A model generated the notes under the pieces. It worked only from the letters and a program-made list of their open reading frames with translations, ran no database searches and was not told where the DNA came from. A stretch of DNA of 64,000 nucleotides from Pseudogymnoascus verrucosus (taxonomy: Eukaryota), in assembly GCA_001662655.1 (NCBI GenBank), contig KV460231.1. The stretch is one strand, 5' to 3'. Below are positions 36,590 through 49,964 of this stretch, piece by piece (within the stretch, counting starts at the first letter, position 1; each line of letters starts with the position of its first letter). The position numbers were made by a program, and so were the translations under genes.

Positions 36590-38340
36590 TATCACTCGGG
36601 TGGTTTATGCATCAGTAGCTAGAATGTAATAGACTGTCCCCCCTTACCACCATGTTCTTTCTTATCCATAAGATTGTGCACTGCACAATAAACCATCTTT
36701 TCTTGCTGCACAAGTATTTTGCTCAGTTCTTTCTCTTGGTGCAACTAATCCCCTTTAAGGTATTCAGTAACTACGGGTGTAAGGCGGTGATCCTTGTTTT
36801 GCAAGTTACAAAGTATGTCCTTCTCCTTTGTGACCTGCTTAACACGTCGATAAATGTCTATGTAGGCCGACAGTGCAAGAGATGGTGTTTCTTGTATGTC
36901 CCTGCTCGCCTAGTCACTCTGGGATATAAATCCTCTTTTAGCATTAGTGATAAGCGATCGAAGCAGCTTCCTAGACTTCGTTGATAGGCGAGGGTAGTGA
37001 GATCCATTCTCTCTATGAAACTCGTACAGAGTCTTAAATAAGACTTCTCTCCTAGAGTCTAGCCTTACGTAACTCTAAGGCTTCGGAAGTTCGATGCACT
37101 CCGTCACTACACAAGGTAACGCACCTAGATAGTCGCTGGCAAAGCGTAGTTGAGGGCGGTCGTCGCTGAGAACCTAGTGGGGTGCACGGATCGGTACGTA
37201 AACTCGATTATTAAGGCTCTTGTCGATGTGGGATGTAATGGTGACAACATTAACTTTTCCATACAAGAATTCCCCTAAGACGATAACAAGGTGCATCTAA
37301 TACATCCGATTAGGGTTATTTTCTAGTCTTGCATGCAGACTCAATTCATGTGGAGGCTTGAAATGAAATATCCTTCTAGAGATATCCTTAGGAGCTTCCG
37401 TCATTTTCAATATCTTAGAGGAAGCTTCTTAGTAGCGATGGTATAGCCTAGTTGCACAAATCTATCTAAGAGGTTAGGTTACACGAAGCAGATGCGCTGA
37501 AGATTTAATGAGATATATGTGAGAAGGCTAGAACGACCGTGAAGGCATGTAATATTAAGACTATAGCAAGAATTTATAACGTTGACTATTCTTATATATG
37601 GTGACGAAAGAGTGACGTTGACTTGTAGTTCTAAGCAATTACTTTTAGTTGCCGCTAAGGTAATCCGTTCATTCTTCCTTTTTAAAATCAGATCCACTAC
37701 ATTATTCTTCAACAATTCGAGGAAGGCGGTGCGGCTAACTAGTAATAGGTACCCTCTACTAAAGGTAGTTTTCTCTCATCTACGCGGTTGTTTCTTCAAG
37801 TATGTCCCCCATCCGACTACCTCTACGTCCATCAGTGCTGAAGTATGACTTAGAACCAAGCTTTTTAAGTTCATTAGGTATTTTTCTAGTTAGACGCAAT
37901 GTGAGTAACTTAATAGTTACATCTGCAATTTTTACCCTAGCGCTGGTAGTGTCTTCAATACGTAGTGGTCGAAGTGCATGATGATGGTCTAGTTAGTAGA
38001 GATATGCCGAGCGCAAGCTCTCGTCTAGGCATGAGAATAATTTTCTCTAGTCTACGAAGTTTGTGCTGACGTTGCTGACAGCGTCATAGATGTTTAAAAT
38101 AACTCTCGAGTTTGTGAATAGTACCTCCTTGGTTGTCTTGTTGTACGTGTGAGGTCTTAGAGAGTCAATGAAAATCTGACTATGGGAGCGAATGTCGCTA
38201 CTTTTATCTCCTGTCATAAGTAGTATATATACAGACTGGTTCTCTAATGTATCGTCCATGTCGTAAATGGAGTGCAAGTCCTAGCTAAGTAGTATAGGAT
38301 TGAGGCCGTGGCATCGAACAATTGATGTCTAAGACTCATT
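36590..38340 (-). pseudogene. Large RIP-decayed hypothetical gene (~550 codons)
   Basis: ORF-track fragments 38047..38277 and 37479..37715 plus downstream sequence form one long frame interrupted by an intron and RIP-type stops. Confidence 0.45.
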
Positions 38341-38616
38341 TTGAAAAATTGCATCCTAGACACTGTTATGCCTCCCTTAGAATATTAAGTTTGACATGAT
38401 GAGCATAAATGAGCATAGTATAGTAAAGTGTCATTTGAAAGACATTTCAGTTTATATGATCAGTTAGCGTTCTTAAAAACGGCATGCTGGTTCTTAAACC
38501 TGCCGAGACTTAGTAGCTGCCATCATGTTGATGGCCTTCGCTTACGCAACACATATAACTGTTGGCTGTACGTCCCTGTTCTTGCTGGCAGTCGTCGGCA
38601 CTGTATTATTTTCATC

Positions 38617-39127
38617 ATGCAGATGAATGTACTATGCCTAGCTTTCGTATCTACTGGCCTTGCTGCAAGTTCAGCTGTTAATTCTCTTACTAACCCTTGG
38701 ATAAATGCGACCTATTCAACTAATTCCGACTCTCCACTTGATATCAAAATCTGGACGGGACTAAGCTGTAAGAAGAACTAATCTAATGTATAGAAGAATG
38801 TCCTGTTAACTATCCCTGAGGTATAGGGAATATGCATTTGATAGAAAATATATCAAATGCATATTGGTTTCAGATTTGGCTATCTGAACTTAAACCACCC
38901 TTTTCTAGCTTCAGACTTAGTCGCCCTCTTAAGGATAGAGAGCAACTTGATTTTAGTCAGATCTTAGGATCAAATCTCTATGGGCTCTTTTTGCGCTCAT
39001 ATTAGCCCTAAGATTCACTAGGTAAGAGAATTAAGAGAGTAAAATAGCTTAAAATTAATATATAACAGCTGGATGTACTACTTTGAAGGAGGGTTCATTT
39101 TGGTGCATTCGACTCTAGCCCAACTAG
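38617..39127 (+). pseudogene. Small secreted Cys-containing protein, paralogue 1 (3 exons)
   Basis: Signal-peptide-like MQMNVLCLAFVSTGLAASSA; SPLDIKIWTG; SFRLSRPLKDREQLDF; near-duplicate of 39629-40135. Confidence 0.55.
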
Positions 39128-39628
39128 GCAGAGCATAGAGTATAGATGAGTAGCTAGGAAACAATCTCCGTGCAATACATACTAGTAATAAATTCCTAGA
39201 TGATATGCGCTTTTATATCTATATAATAATATATAACATCCTAGGAAAGCACCTCCTCTATTCACATCTTCAAAAGCTCCATTTTCTCGCCTAGCCAGGC
39301 CATACCCCTCGGCTTGCACTCTAGGTCAACTGCTCTACTACAACCACATCTAGTTGCAAATTTTCTCAGGAACCGCCTCCGCTTTGATGCCGGGGAGGGG
39401 CGACTAAAACCCAGCTGCAGTTCATATGCTTCGATCACCTGTAGCAAAGTGTAACCAACCGAGACGTGATGGCCATCACGATGTTGATGACCATCGTAAT
39501 TTTAGTGCCCATCGGAATGTGCTCATCGGTTGCCTAAATTTCGCGGTTATCTGTCTACATTATACTCTTCTTGTTACTTTCAATCACAGTCATCAGATAA
39601 TACTATAGATCTCGGTTTGGTTTACATC

Positions 39629-40759
39629 ATGAAGTTGAATGTATTATACCTAGTTACAGTCTCTGCTTGCGTTGCTATAAGCTTAGCTGTTAACCCTCTC
39701 GCTACTAATTCGTGCTTAAATGCCACCAATCTAACCGCTAATAATGCTTTAACGGATACTAACTCTCCACTCGATTTCACAGCCTAGACAGGACTAAACT
39801 GTAAGTAGAGCCAATCTAATGCACATAACAATGTTGCTTAACCATCCCTTAGGTATAGGGTATATGTTTAAGGCTAGAGATATATCAAGGCGGTATAAGT
39901 GGCAGATTATACTAGCGAATGCTAACGCGCCCTTTTCCAGCTTCAGACTAAGTCGCCCACTTAAAGGGAGAGAACAACTTGATTTTAGATTAGACAGTTG
40001 TAGACGCTTTTTGCGCTCGTATGGGCCCTAAGATTCACTAGGTAAGGGTTTGAGAAAAACGAAATAGCTTAAAGCTAATATATAACAGCTGGATGTGCTA
40101 ATTTAAACACATTTACATGCCTTTAAATCTGGCTAACTAAGACAAGTTCGACTACCACTTCTTCGACTACTACTACTTCGACTACTACTTCTACAACTAC
40201 TACTTCTACAACTACTACTTCTGTTAATACAGGCGCTATAGTAGCATTTGCAGATGATACATTTTACCGCCTCTTAAACAATTATCTTAGTACTGGGTAC
40301 TCTGTTACTGTCGGGAAAGAGAACGGAACTCTCTTGCGCCAACTTAACATGACTATTACTAGCAACAACAGCATGCAATACTAGCAAATCAAAAGGATCC
40401 CTAATACTGACACAAATAACTAGTACTGGTTTGCGTGTCAGTATCTTAGGGAGAATATGCGGCTTTCCCTAGACCCGTCGGATCTAATAAATCCGCTTAT
40501 GGCGAAGGCAGATGATACAGTAATAGGGCAGCAGTGGAATGTTCAGAGATTGCTAGATGGGACGTGGAGCATCCGTAATGCGTTGCCGTTAAGTAGTCTG
40601 TGGAATTTTTAGACAGATCGGAGGGAAAGGGCGGAGTTGAGTACATATGGTGATACGTATGCGTTGTTTATGGATATGGAAGATGATACAGGGACAGAGT
40701 GGAGTATTGCAGAGGTGAGGAAAATTTCGGCAGCGGATGGTTCTTATTCAGTACTATAA
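39629..40759 (+). pseudogene. Secreted protein paralogue 2, extended by a Ser/Thr linker and a ricin-B-like (QxW) domain
   Basis: MKLNVLYLVTVSACVAISLA; SFRLSRPLKGREQLDF; (ACT)n-rich STTT linker at 40146-40222; FYRLLNNYL...MQY*QI...GQQWNV...DGTWSIRN. Confidence 0.55.
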
Positions 40760-41632
40760 CGAAAAGATTTAATAAATCAGACGAAATATGTTAGGCCTAT
40801 CACGGGGAAAGAGCAGTATCATAGTATATAGCGCAGTATTACAGTAATTCAATTAATTGTCATATCTATTCTAATGGATCTACGTAATATTTATGGCCCC
40901 TTACCGGCGTGTAGAGTTCTTACTTGCCCTAGTGAGGATCATAGGACGGCCGACTCTACAGTAGGGATCAGCGGCTTTCCTAGGCTAAAAGCCTGGAATC
41001 TCGCAGCTACCGGTCCCGATTCCTAACAGAGATGTTGCAAGGCCCAGACCACGCGACTTTAATCAGAGAGTGCCTTATGCCTTGAGATATGAGCCAGTCA
41101 GCTCCCTCGGCTATGCATTCTTAAGCCACGGCCCCTAGAGAAATAGAGACGTTTACGAAAGAAAGACCAACGGATTTCATTGTTATGCCTCTACGGAGTA
41201 TTTGCAGTGAGGACGAGCTGCTCCCTGTTAAAAACCCTTACGTGGCTACGAGAATTCATCCTTTTAGGAGACTCTTGGACATATGGATAGTTTGACGTAG
41301 TAAACGTGTGTAGGCACAGCCTCTGGCCTAGGGTGCTTCTACGTTAGAACATTATGTGTAGTCTCAAAGGAGACCTTGTCTCCGGAGGAATCTGCCTGCG
41401 TCTGCAGTGTAGACGAATCCGTCCTAGCCCCTTAAGTTAGAGTATTAAAGCTGAGTCCGGCGAAATGCTCGGCCATTCTTTTTGACGCAGCGTTCTATGT
41501 TCTAAAATAGCATTGCATGTGCCGCGTTAGCTGCTCATGGGTGTAGCAGCAGCTACTCAGCTATAAAAGGGGGCGAAATCCCTAGTTAATTTTGTATACT
41601 CGACTCAACTTTCCCCTCGAGACAACTTCATC

Positions 41633-42712
41633 ATGTCGAAAAGGAAGCCTTTAGTTCTCCTAAGCAACATCTCTTCTACGCGCGACCTCTGCGACTTTCT
41701 TGGCTTTTATGGCACAGAGGCTAAGAACGACCTCTGTGACTTTTCACGCAAATGGCGGATGGACTACACCACTAGGAGCGGGTGCCCTAGAACTAAGCTT
41801 CTGAATTGGAAATTCGAACAAGAAGAGCTGAAAATTATGGCACAAGCCTTCTTATCTAACGTAGTAGAAGAAGAATTCTAGTCTAACAGGAAAAGAGGAG
41901 ACTCCATTCTAAAGGGTTCCGATGAAGAGTACGCAATTCTCGTCTTTCGGTAGTTAGGGTTTTAGTACCTAAAGCTGACTATTATTACTAGAACCGTGAA
42001 CTTGTTGATGCAGCTTTTATGGAAACAAAACAAGTATGCTTATAATAATGCCAACTATCCTAAGCCGTCTCAAGATCGTATTCGGCGTATAGGTGCGACA
42101 CAATACGACGGCTAGCAAACTAAACGTAGAAAGAGAGATGATGGCATTTTCATCGCCTATGATCACGATGGGTTTATGGAACGGGCAACAGAGCAGAGCT
42201 CCCTTTCTCAGCAATTTAGCCCTGCACCACCACCTCTAGCGCCTCTCTAGACAGATACAGCAGCACTACCGCCAACTGAGTCCTAATTACCACCACACGT
42301 ACAGCACGTATTTGCTCTGACGACTGAACCTAAAGGCCGCGTCCCGATCCCATTCCATATTTTGCTTCATAGCGGCGGCAAGACACGCCAGAGTTTCTGG
42401 GAAGAGGGGCGCTTTAGCTCTAAATCTCTCCAAGAGTTTCTCCCTAGCTTTGCAGCTAAGCTGAAATGCGCACCAAACGATATTGAGCGAATTAAGCTAG
42501 TGCTGCGGTTGAAAACTCGAGAGGTTGAAATTGAGATGGAGGCTAGAAACGAGGACATATGGGAGATAGCGATGGCCACTTTTAGAGATGAGATTAAAAG
42601 AGGAAAGGCAAAGGGTGAAGTAAAGGGGGTGAGTGTGCTTGTGGAACCGGTAATGAGGAAAGGCGGTGTGGAGACGGGAGGCTGGGACGGGGATGAGGAG
42701 TTCGACTTTTAA
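41633..42712 (+). pseudogene. Hypothetical protein gene with one intron and RIP stops
   Basis: ORFs 41633..41881 and 42362..42712 are linked through a GT-AG intron (~41929-41991) and TAG stops. Confidence 0.5.
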
Positions 42713-43687
42713 GTGATCCGACAATTATAGCTTAAAACAATTTCTCGGAACAACGTACTGCGGCCTCGTGGATGCTACCGCGTGACCGATCGTATGGAAA
42801 GTATCGCAAAGTCAGGATATGTTCGCACAGTGCTACCTTCCCATGGACCAGCCGTTTGAGAGTCTAAAATCGACAATTGCTCTGAATGTTATACAGTAGC
42901 ACCCGAAACCCTCACTCTCAAATACACACTCATAAAATATTACGCCCACCATTACTAACGCAAGGCTTTGCTACTTCTAGTATAACGCTCCAATATATAC
43001 AATCGAACGCGGATATTGTGAAATAAATGCACTCTGTTAAGCCTATGTAGCTCAAGAAAGTTCGACTGTGAATAGAAACATAGACCGAGGCTCCAGTGAC
43101 CAATACACATGATTATGTTGCTTCGGCGTTGTGATCTGCCTTGCGGGGAGGTTATGGAAAATACTTAATCCGAGCCAATGTATGGAAGCTGAAATCTGCC
43201 ACCTTGTATTCCTGCCGTCGTGAAGTGCGGGGTATGCGTAGAACACCCAAACCCAAAATTGCAATTGTTTCTACCGCCTGAGCTTTGATTCTGTATAGTT
43301 CTGTACCAGCTCCTGTCATCCTACAAACCCTGACTATATAAACGTTGTGCTGTATAGCCGCTTGTAGAGCTGGCTTCCCCTCGTGTAGCTGCTCCAATAC
43401 GTAAGCCTTGCTTCTGTTCGCTCCGTTACCGTTGCTCATAATCACCCGCTGTCGCTGCTACCATAGTTACAAGTGCTGCATTACGTCCTCTTTCATGTGG
43501 TGGAAGATATGATAACGTACCGTTCGTTAGCAGCTGGAAGCACACATTCTGATTCGGTTCCAGAAAAGTCCAAGTCAATAACAGCTAGAAATGGCCTAGC
43601 CACAACCTGCTTCTACCGTTCGTCATACGCTGACAATCGCCGAATACTGGAATCGGGTCATATACACAGTCCAAATTTACTTTAAAA

Positions 43688-46406
43688 ATGTTTCTGGCTA
43701 ACAAAGGTCTCGACAAACAGCGACGCTTACATATCGCCGCGAGGGAGGGAGATATTGAACGCATAAGTGACTTGCTTGAATCTGGTGACAATGTCAACGA
43801 AACAAATGCGGATGGGGATACGCCCTTGCATTTGGCTGTTTGGAAACAGTCCAAACCGGCAATAAGGCTACTGGTCCTTAACGGTGCAAGCACAATAAAA
43901 CACGACGCTAGGGGGAAGTCGCCATTAGAGAAGGCGAAGCAATGGGGTGGTGTAGAACTTGAAGCATTTTTGATTAAGGTTCTGGAAGATCATCATGTAC
44001 TCCAATCGGACCTGAGAACATATATGCTTACTGAAGACTGGAACGAATTCGACAAAACCTTGGAATACAGAGGCCTCATCAATACTTGTCGCGTAGAAGG
44101 ACGAACTCTACTACAGATAGCAGCACAGTTAGACTTGTCTGATGCCATTCGAAAGCTCCTTGACCGTGATGCAAATATCCAAGCGCGAGATGAGGATGGT
44201 CAGACAGTACTTTACCTAGCAGCACAATCAGGCTNNNNNNNNNNNNNNNNNNNNNNNNNNNNNNNNNNNNNNNNNNNNNNNNNNNNNNNNNNNNNNNNNN
44301 NNNNNNNNNNNNNNNNNNNNNNNNNNNNNNNNNNNAGACAGCACTTCACCTAGCAGCACAATCAGGCTCGTTTAAAGCTATTCAACAGCTCCTTATAAGT
44401 GGTGCAGATATCTAAGCACAGGACAAGGATGGTTAGACAGCACTTCACCTAGCAGCACAATTAGGCTCGTTTAAAGCTATTTAACAGCTCCTTATAAGTG
44501 GTGCAGATATCTAAGCACAGGACAAGGATGGTTAGACAGCACTTCACCTAGCAGCACAATTAGGCTCGTTTAAAGCTATTTAACAGCTCCTTATAAGTGG
44601 TGTAGATATCTAAGCACAGGACAAGGATGGTTAGACAGCACTTCATATAGCAGCACAATTAGGCTTGCTTAAAGCTATTAAACAGCTCCTCAATATCCGA
44701 ACAGAAACTAGGGAGGATAGGACAGTTCTTTATAAGGTGGTAACTGGAAATAACGAGAATGGACAAATCAACTTAGTTGATAATGATGGAAAGACTCCAT
44801 TGCACTTAGCTGCTTAAGCTGGACATAAATCGGTAGTTGGGTTGCTTGTTAGTCTAGGCAGCGTGGGGTCGGCTAACTTAGCCGACAATACAGGCAAGAC
44901 CCCGCTGCACCTAGCCGCTGAAGCTAGACACAAATTTATAATTCAGTTGCTCTTAGAAGGAAAAGCGGCAGAGTTGGTTAGCGTGGCTGACAATGACGGC
45001 AAGACCCCGTTACACCTTGCCACTAAAGCAGGGCATGAATCAGCAATCGAGTTGCTCGCGACTGAAGGCAGCAAATTGTCACTTAGCTTAGACGACATTG
45101 TCATCAAGAAGCCACTAGGTTCTTTGTCTACTGACAGAACTCTGTTAACTGACGTCTCTGTTTCGGACACAAGATCTACCCGCTGGAATTATTCAATGAT
45201 TTCCAGCCTTACAAATTCTTCAGCAGATGCATTTCGAAGTATATGCTCAATATTCCTATCTTCAGAGTTGCCACCACATGTATTTAGGATTCGATGGACA
45301 TGTCATTGTGGTCATCGGTCCTATGACGATTATATATCGGAACGTAGAGTTGTCAAGTCTGTTGCAGATCGAATAAACTTGAGTGGTATCAAAGCAGAAA
45401 TTGTCACGTGGCGCGAAAGCGGGGTGAGGACGTTGCTTTTAGCATTGAAGAATATGGCTTTGAGTGGGCATAGGAAATATGCTGGAAGTCATCGAGAATC
45501 AGGCCAAGGTACGTCACCCAATTTACGAGCAGATATGAACTTGGGTATCGCTGCACCTAGTTTGAACCAAGGTGTATAGGGTGACACCTAAGATATTTCT
45601 AAAATGGAACTTGAATCCGCTGGTGGAGGGCCGATTAAGGCTGTTAAGGGAGAGGTCAAGGACGAAGTTAGATTTCTCCACCTCTGCATCCACGGAGAAT
45701 CCCAACTGCCTTGTGTGGGCCATATTATGATAGATCCTAAGAGCGTACACGCTAAAATTATCAATGGCGATCAGCAGCTATTTAAGGAGATAAAGGAAAG
45801 GTATCTTAAAGCATGCGAGAAAAGAATGACAGCTTTCATCAAGCTGAAAGGCATTTACTTCGTTTAGGTAAGTTGCTACCGCATGACATTGTCTTTGTAC
45901 GCTAACGGGCACAGTTTCGGCTCTTCCTAAGAACCGTGGTAGGTGGCTTGAAAGAGAACAAGATTCCAACCGATACATCGGAATATGACTTTAAGGAAGT
46001 GTAGGAGTTGAAAGACGGTGATTTACCTATTCCACTAAGTGTGATGTTGCATTTTTACAGTACACCCGAGCACATATTAGATGACGGACTGTGTCTTAAC
46101 GCATATCCTAAGAGGAGATTAGAACCGTTATACTAGAAGAGGGGCTAATCTAATGTAGGATACGGAATCTATTTGAAAGAAGAGCTGGATGAGATGTTGT
46201 TTGCTCTTATTAGAGGTTCCATAGCACTTTCTATTAGCGTTATTAGGTGGATTGTTTTCCTTGTTCGTTATGATCTTGAAAAGAGCTATCCTTAGCCGGC
46301 TGTTTTATGGATCTTAGGAATTGGGGTCTGCGCTTTAGAGGTGCTAAAAGAGTGGCTAAAGGCACGATTTGAATCTGGTGCAACAAAAGAAACAAAGATC
46401 GAGTGA
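43688..46406 (+). pseudogene. Ankyrin-repeat protein fused to a WxCxCG domain with 2 C-terminal TM helices; spans an assembly gap; RIP stops
   Basis: DGDTPLHLA and DGKTPLHLA ankyrins; 99-bp near-identical repeats at 44336, 44435, 44534 and 44633; FRIRWTCHCGHRSYDDY; RFLHLCI; PIPLSVMLHFY; LNAYPKR; GYGIYLKEE; hydrophobic tail ending TGA at 46406. Confidence 0.7.
44235..44335. other. Assembly gap (N run) inside the 99-bp ankyrin repeat array
   Basis: 101 N bases flanked by repeat units. Confidence 0.98.
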
Positions 46407-46795
46407 ATTAAATTGGGTTGTTTTTAAGTATATCCTGTTATCTAGTGTTATGTGGTATGGATTTATTAGCTCATTAGAGTACTGTATTCGTCACGCCATA
46501 GAGGAAAGCGACGACGGGTAGTAGGTGGAACCGATAGATGATGACAAGAGCATGGACCGGAAAGTTACATCGGAGCATTATCCTTGCACTGAGCTTTACT
46601 AAAAGCAGGAAAGCCCCACGGTAGTAATAATGGGGGGCGATATTTCACAAGACTGTGTGTAGGAAAGCCGGTTCTGTGCGGTATGTTACTGACGATGATG
46701 TCTGCGAGTCACGATGAGAGTGGTCATAAAGATTTTTTAAACTCCTTAATTATTGCAAGGTAATAGCAATTGAGAGACAGTTAGAGTCTAAACTA

Positions 46796-49315
46796 TTAAA
46801 GATATAAACCGTGTCGGTGGTGTGTGTGATTTAAATAACTGATTTGACCAGTTAATACTTCCCTACATCCGTCGCGACGGCAATGAATTTTTGCATCTAA
46901 AGCCACTAAGTTAAGATGCTGTGTTCGTACGTGCTTACGGAGGATATCAATGCGTTTAAAGACCTTCTCCTTCTTTGCTGGTCCAGCCTCCTCGTCCGAC
47001 TTACAGAGATCACATGTCAAATCTAGCCCTTGGATCTACTAAACACTCACAATCGTCTCGTTTTTATACTGCTTCTAGACATCAGAGAGATGTACCGGCT
47101 GTTGCTTCTCTAACTTCGGCCCCTTATACTTGCGAGGGCATTCTTGTCTGTTGCAGATTAGTGCTAGGTTATCAACGAAAGCAATCCGCACTTCAATGAC
47201 CTAATCCTCATCTAAATCATTAAGTGGCATGCCTAGCATTTTGACAATTGCAGCTCGCTCTTTAAGTTCGTACTTCTTTGGAGGGGCGGTGAGAGCATTA
47301 GCAGGGAAGATACCCTGCATTTGTCGATTGACCTCCTTAGTGTGGACGTTTATATGAAATTCTTTGATAGTCTTCTTAAGTAATTCGTCGCTTAATTAGC
47401 GTCTTAAATTGTTTATATTAGCTTGCGCCTCTTTATGTTGCTCGAACAACTTCGTTCCTTAAGCTGCCTTAATCGTGGTGTAGCCCTTCAGCTTGATCTC
47501 GTGGCCATATGTGTTACGTAAAGCAGATGCCTTAACGATGTCTAGATGACTTTTAATCTTAAGCTTCTGCTTATCTATAAGGCACGAAGGGCATCTCCTA
47601 TGACGAGCTAGCCGGCTGACTCTTCGTATGAGATCGTCTCGTCGTGGTGTGCCTAGATAGATGCCTTAGCAGTCTTTGTCGACGAAGTCTAGCATGTAGT
47701 ACCGCTTGTAAACATCCCTACTATTGCCCATAATATGTCTGCGTTCTTTAGGGGTTAGTGCATCTGTGAAAGTATATATTAGCAAATAGGACAGCAGACA
47801 CTAATAGAAGAATAGAGATGAAAAGGATTAATATCATACCATTTAGTTCCTTCCCTAAACCTCGCTACAGGCCATAGAGCTCGAGCGCCTTCTCATATCC
47901 CATCACTCGACTAAGGCGAACAAAGTAATATCGATACTTCGCATACTAGAAAGGTTTGCTCTTAGAAATACAGACTCCATTAGCAGTGACCTTAACGTCG
48001 TAGAAGACAGGTCGTTCTGCCCATTCGTCGTCCCATTTAAGAGTAATGCGGTTAGCGTCTAGAGGGACGACTAGATTGTAGATATCCCGTAGAGATTTGA
48101 ATTTGTTTTTGAACGCGTTATTAGTAAGAGCAAGTGCTAGCATAAAGCTAACTACGCAACATGATAGGTCTTCCCCTTCATAGAATGTAAACTTCTTCCT
48201 GTTTAAATTAGTAAATTGCAGAGGCAAAGCAGCTTGGCTCCTACACATAGATACCACTTACTTCTTAGACTTCCCTCTAGACCTTTTAATATGCTTAAGG
48301 TTTAAAGTCATGACGATTATTAGCCGTTTCTCTTTAACCGTAGAAGGGAATAGTTGGAATGTGATATCTAAATAGAGCAGAGGACGCTTCCTAACAAGAG
48401 CCTTTAGCCTTGAGCTTGTACAGCTACTAAAATCCATAAGTAACGATTCTTGTACCTAGAGTCGTTCATGGGGATATAACTCTGTATCATCTACCTAGTT
48501 GCCATGTTGTAGATTGCATAGATCATCAACAAACAGCGCGTACTTTTCCTTTTCGGACGTATCAAGTTCGAGATATTGTGGGATCCACTTTTTTAAAGTT
48601 AGTATCGTCTAGCTAAGTACTAAAAGGGGCAACTTACGTTACGAATATCAAATAAAATGTCGTCAGTCATATATCTCTTCGCTACTTGTGCATATAACAT
48701 GCTAAGGGTCTTCTAGTACGTTACAATGGAGGATTCTTTCGTTATGCGTGAGTTTTCATATCTCTAGCAGAGGTATGCCTTGAAAATGGGTGCTTTGCCC
48801 TTAGTAAGGGCCTCTAATGGATTCTTGCCAAGTACGAAATCGAGATCTTCACCCTTAGGAGCAGCTTCTTTCTCGGCCTTTAACTTCGCCTAAAACCTAC
48901 TAAGCAAGCGTAAGCAAAGACGTCTACATGCGCGCAGCTAACTAATAAAGACTTACAGAGCCTAAAATTCCTCTGCCCTCGCTATCATAACCTTCGTATC
49001 GTCGCTGTGATTTGATAGATTAACACCTGCTTTACTAAAATCTGCTATCTTTTGCCGGTAGGACACGGCTTTAGCGGAATCAGATTTACTTTTAGACTGG
49101 GAGTTGTAGCCAGAATCTAGGCGCAGCTCATCGCCAGCATGTGGAGATGGTAATTGCTTGCGGCGATGTATCTTTTTCTTTTGAAGTCGCGGTTCATGGA
49201 GTCGCCGTTGTTCCTCCATGTTTGCTAGCACTATAGAAGGAACTCCACCTCGGCCACTGTGAAGCCCTACGCGTTAGGCGTGGCGTCGAGCGAGTTTTGG
49301 GGGTAGATTGGCCAT
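46796..49315 (-). pseudogene. DUF3435 tyrosine recombinase (Starship captain) with C-terminal zinc-finger-like region; multi-exon, RIP-inactivated
   Basis: ATG at 49315; KFTFYEGEDLSCCVVSFMLALALTNNAF; ELYGL*RGLGKELN; ERRHIMGNSRDVYKRYY; C-terminal CDLC...RKHVRTQH...CRRDGC...NHTHHRHG. Confidence 0.85.
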
Positions 49316-49964
49316 GTCGCTGCAGAAGATAGCGTGTATTAGTGGCAGTTTGTGAGGTCAAATTATGGCGTTTAGGCTGGGAGGAGATTATGCTCGACGT
49401 TGTGCTCGATATTCCAAGAAGCGTATATTCCTTTGGATCTGCAGATATCGCCTATAACAACCCGATCCTCTGGCCGTGTTGGCTAGAGGATAGTTCTGGA
49501 TGAGCTGGGCCCTACACTGATCTAAGAGTCGGACTTGGCTAGTGATACGCAGGTCCTTCGAATACATAATAGTAAGATATGAGTAAAAGAGTGAAAGGTA
49601 AAGACGGCAGAGAAAAGACAGTAAAGTGAAGTAAACCAGAAGGTTGCTTGAAAGCACTGAGCTAACAGAGCGAGTAAGGAGTGCGAGCGTAAGTGTGAGA
49701 TGGTAAGATTATATACATTTTCTGTCACAGCAGGTCACGAAGTAGGTTGCGTGGGTTACTTTGCCTTGTTATTTTTACCTAGAAAATCGGCCCTCACATT
49801 TCGGGGGGCAACCAATTTCGCGATTGTGATTGTAGTTGTCCTTAAGGCGGCAAGCCAAATTTATGTTAGCGTGGAGTTAGCGTAGGTAACCGAGCGGAGA
49901 GGCCGCATAAAGCAGCGGGCAAATGCCGCCATAAACAGTTGCCAAATCGCCAACATGTAGTGTA

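Larger units (their letters stand above)
26402..49964 (-). mobile_element. RIP-degraded Starship-like giant element (boundaries approximate)
   Basis: DUF3435 captain is the first gene on the minus strand. Downstream cargo includes DUF3723 and a patatin-like phospholipase, both known Starship auxiliary genes. The block is RIP-marked and lies between clean PKS and permease loci. Confidence 0.7.

Noticed and set aside
43052..43685. Short ORFs upstream of the ankyrin gene
   Set aside because: No recognisable motifs or consistent exon structure.
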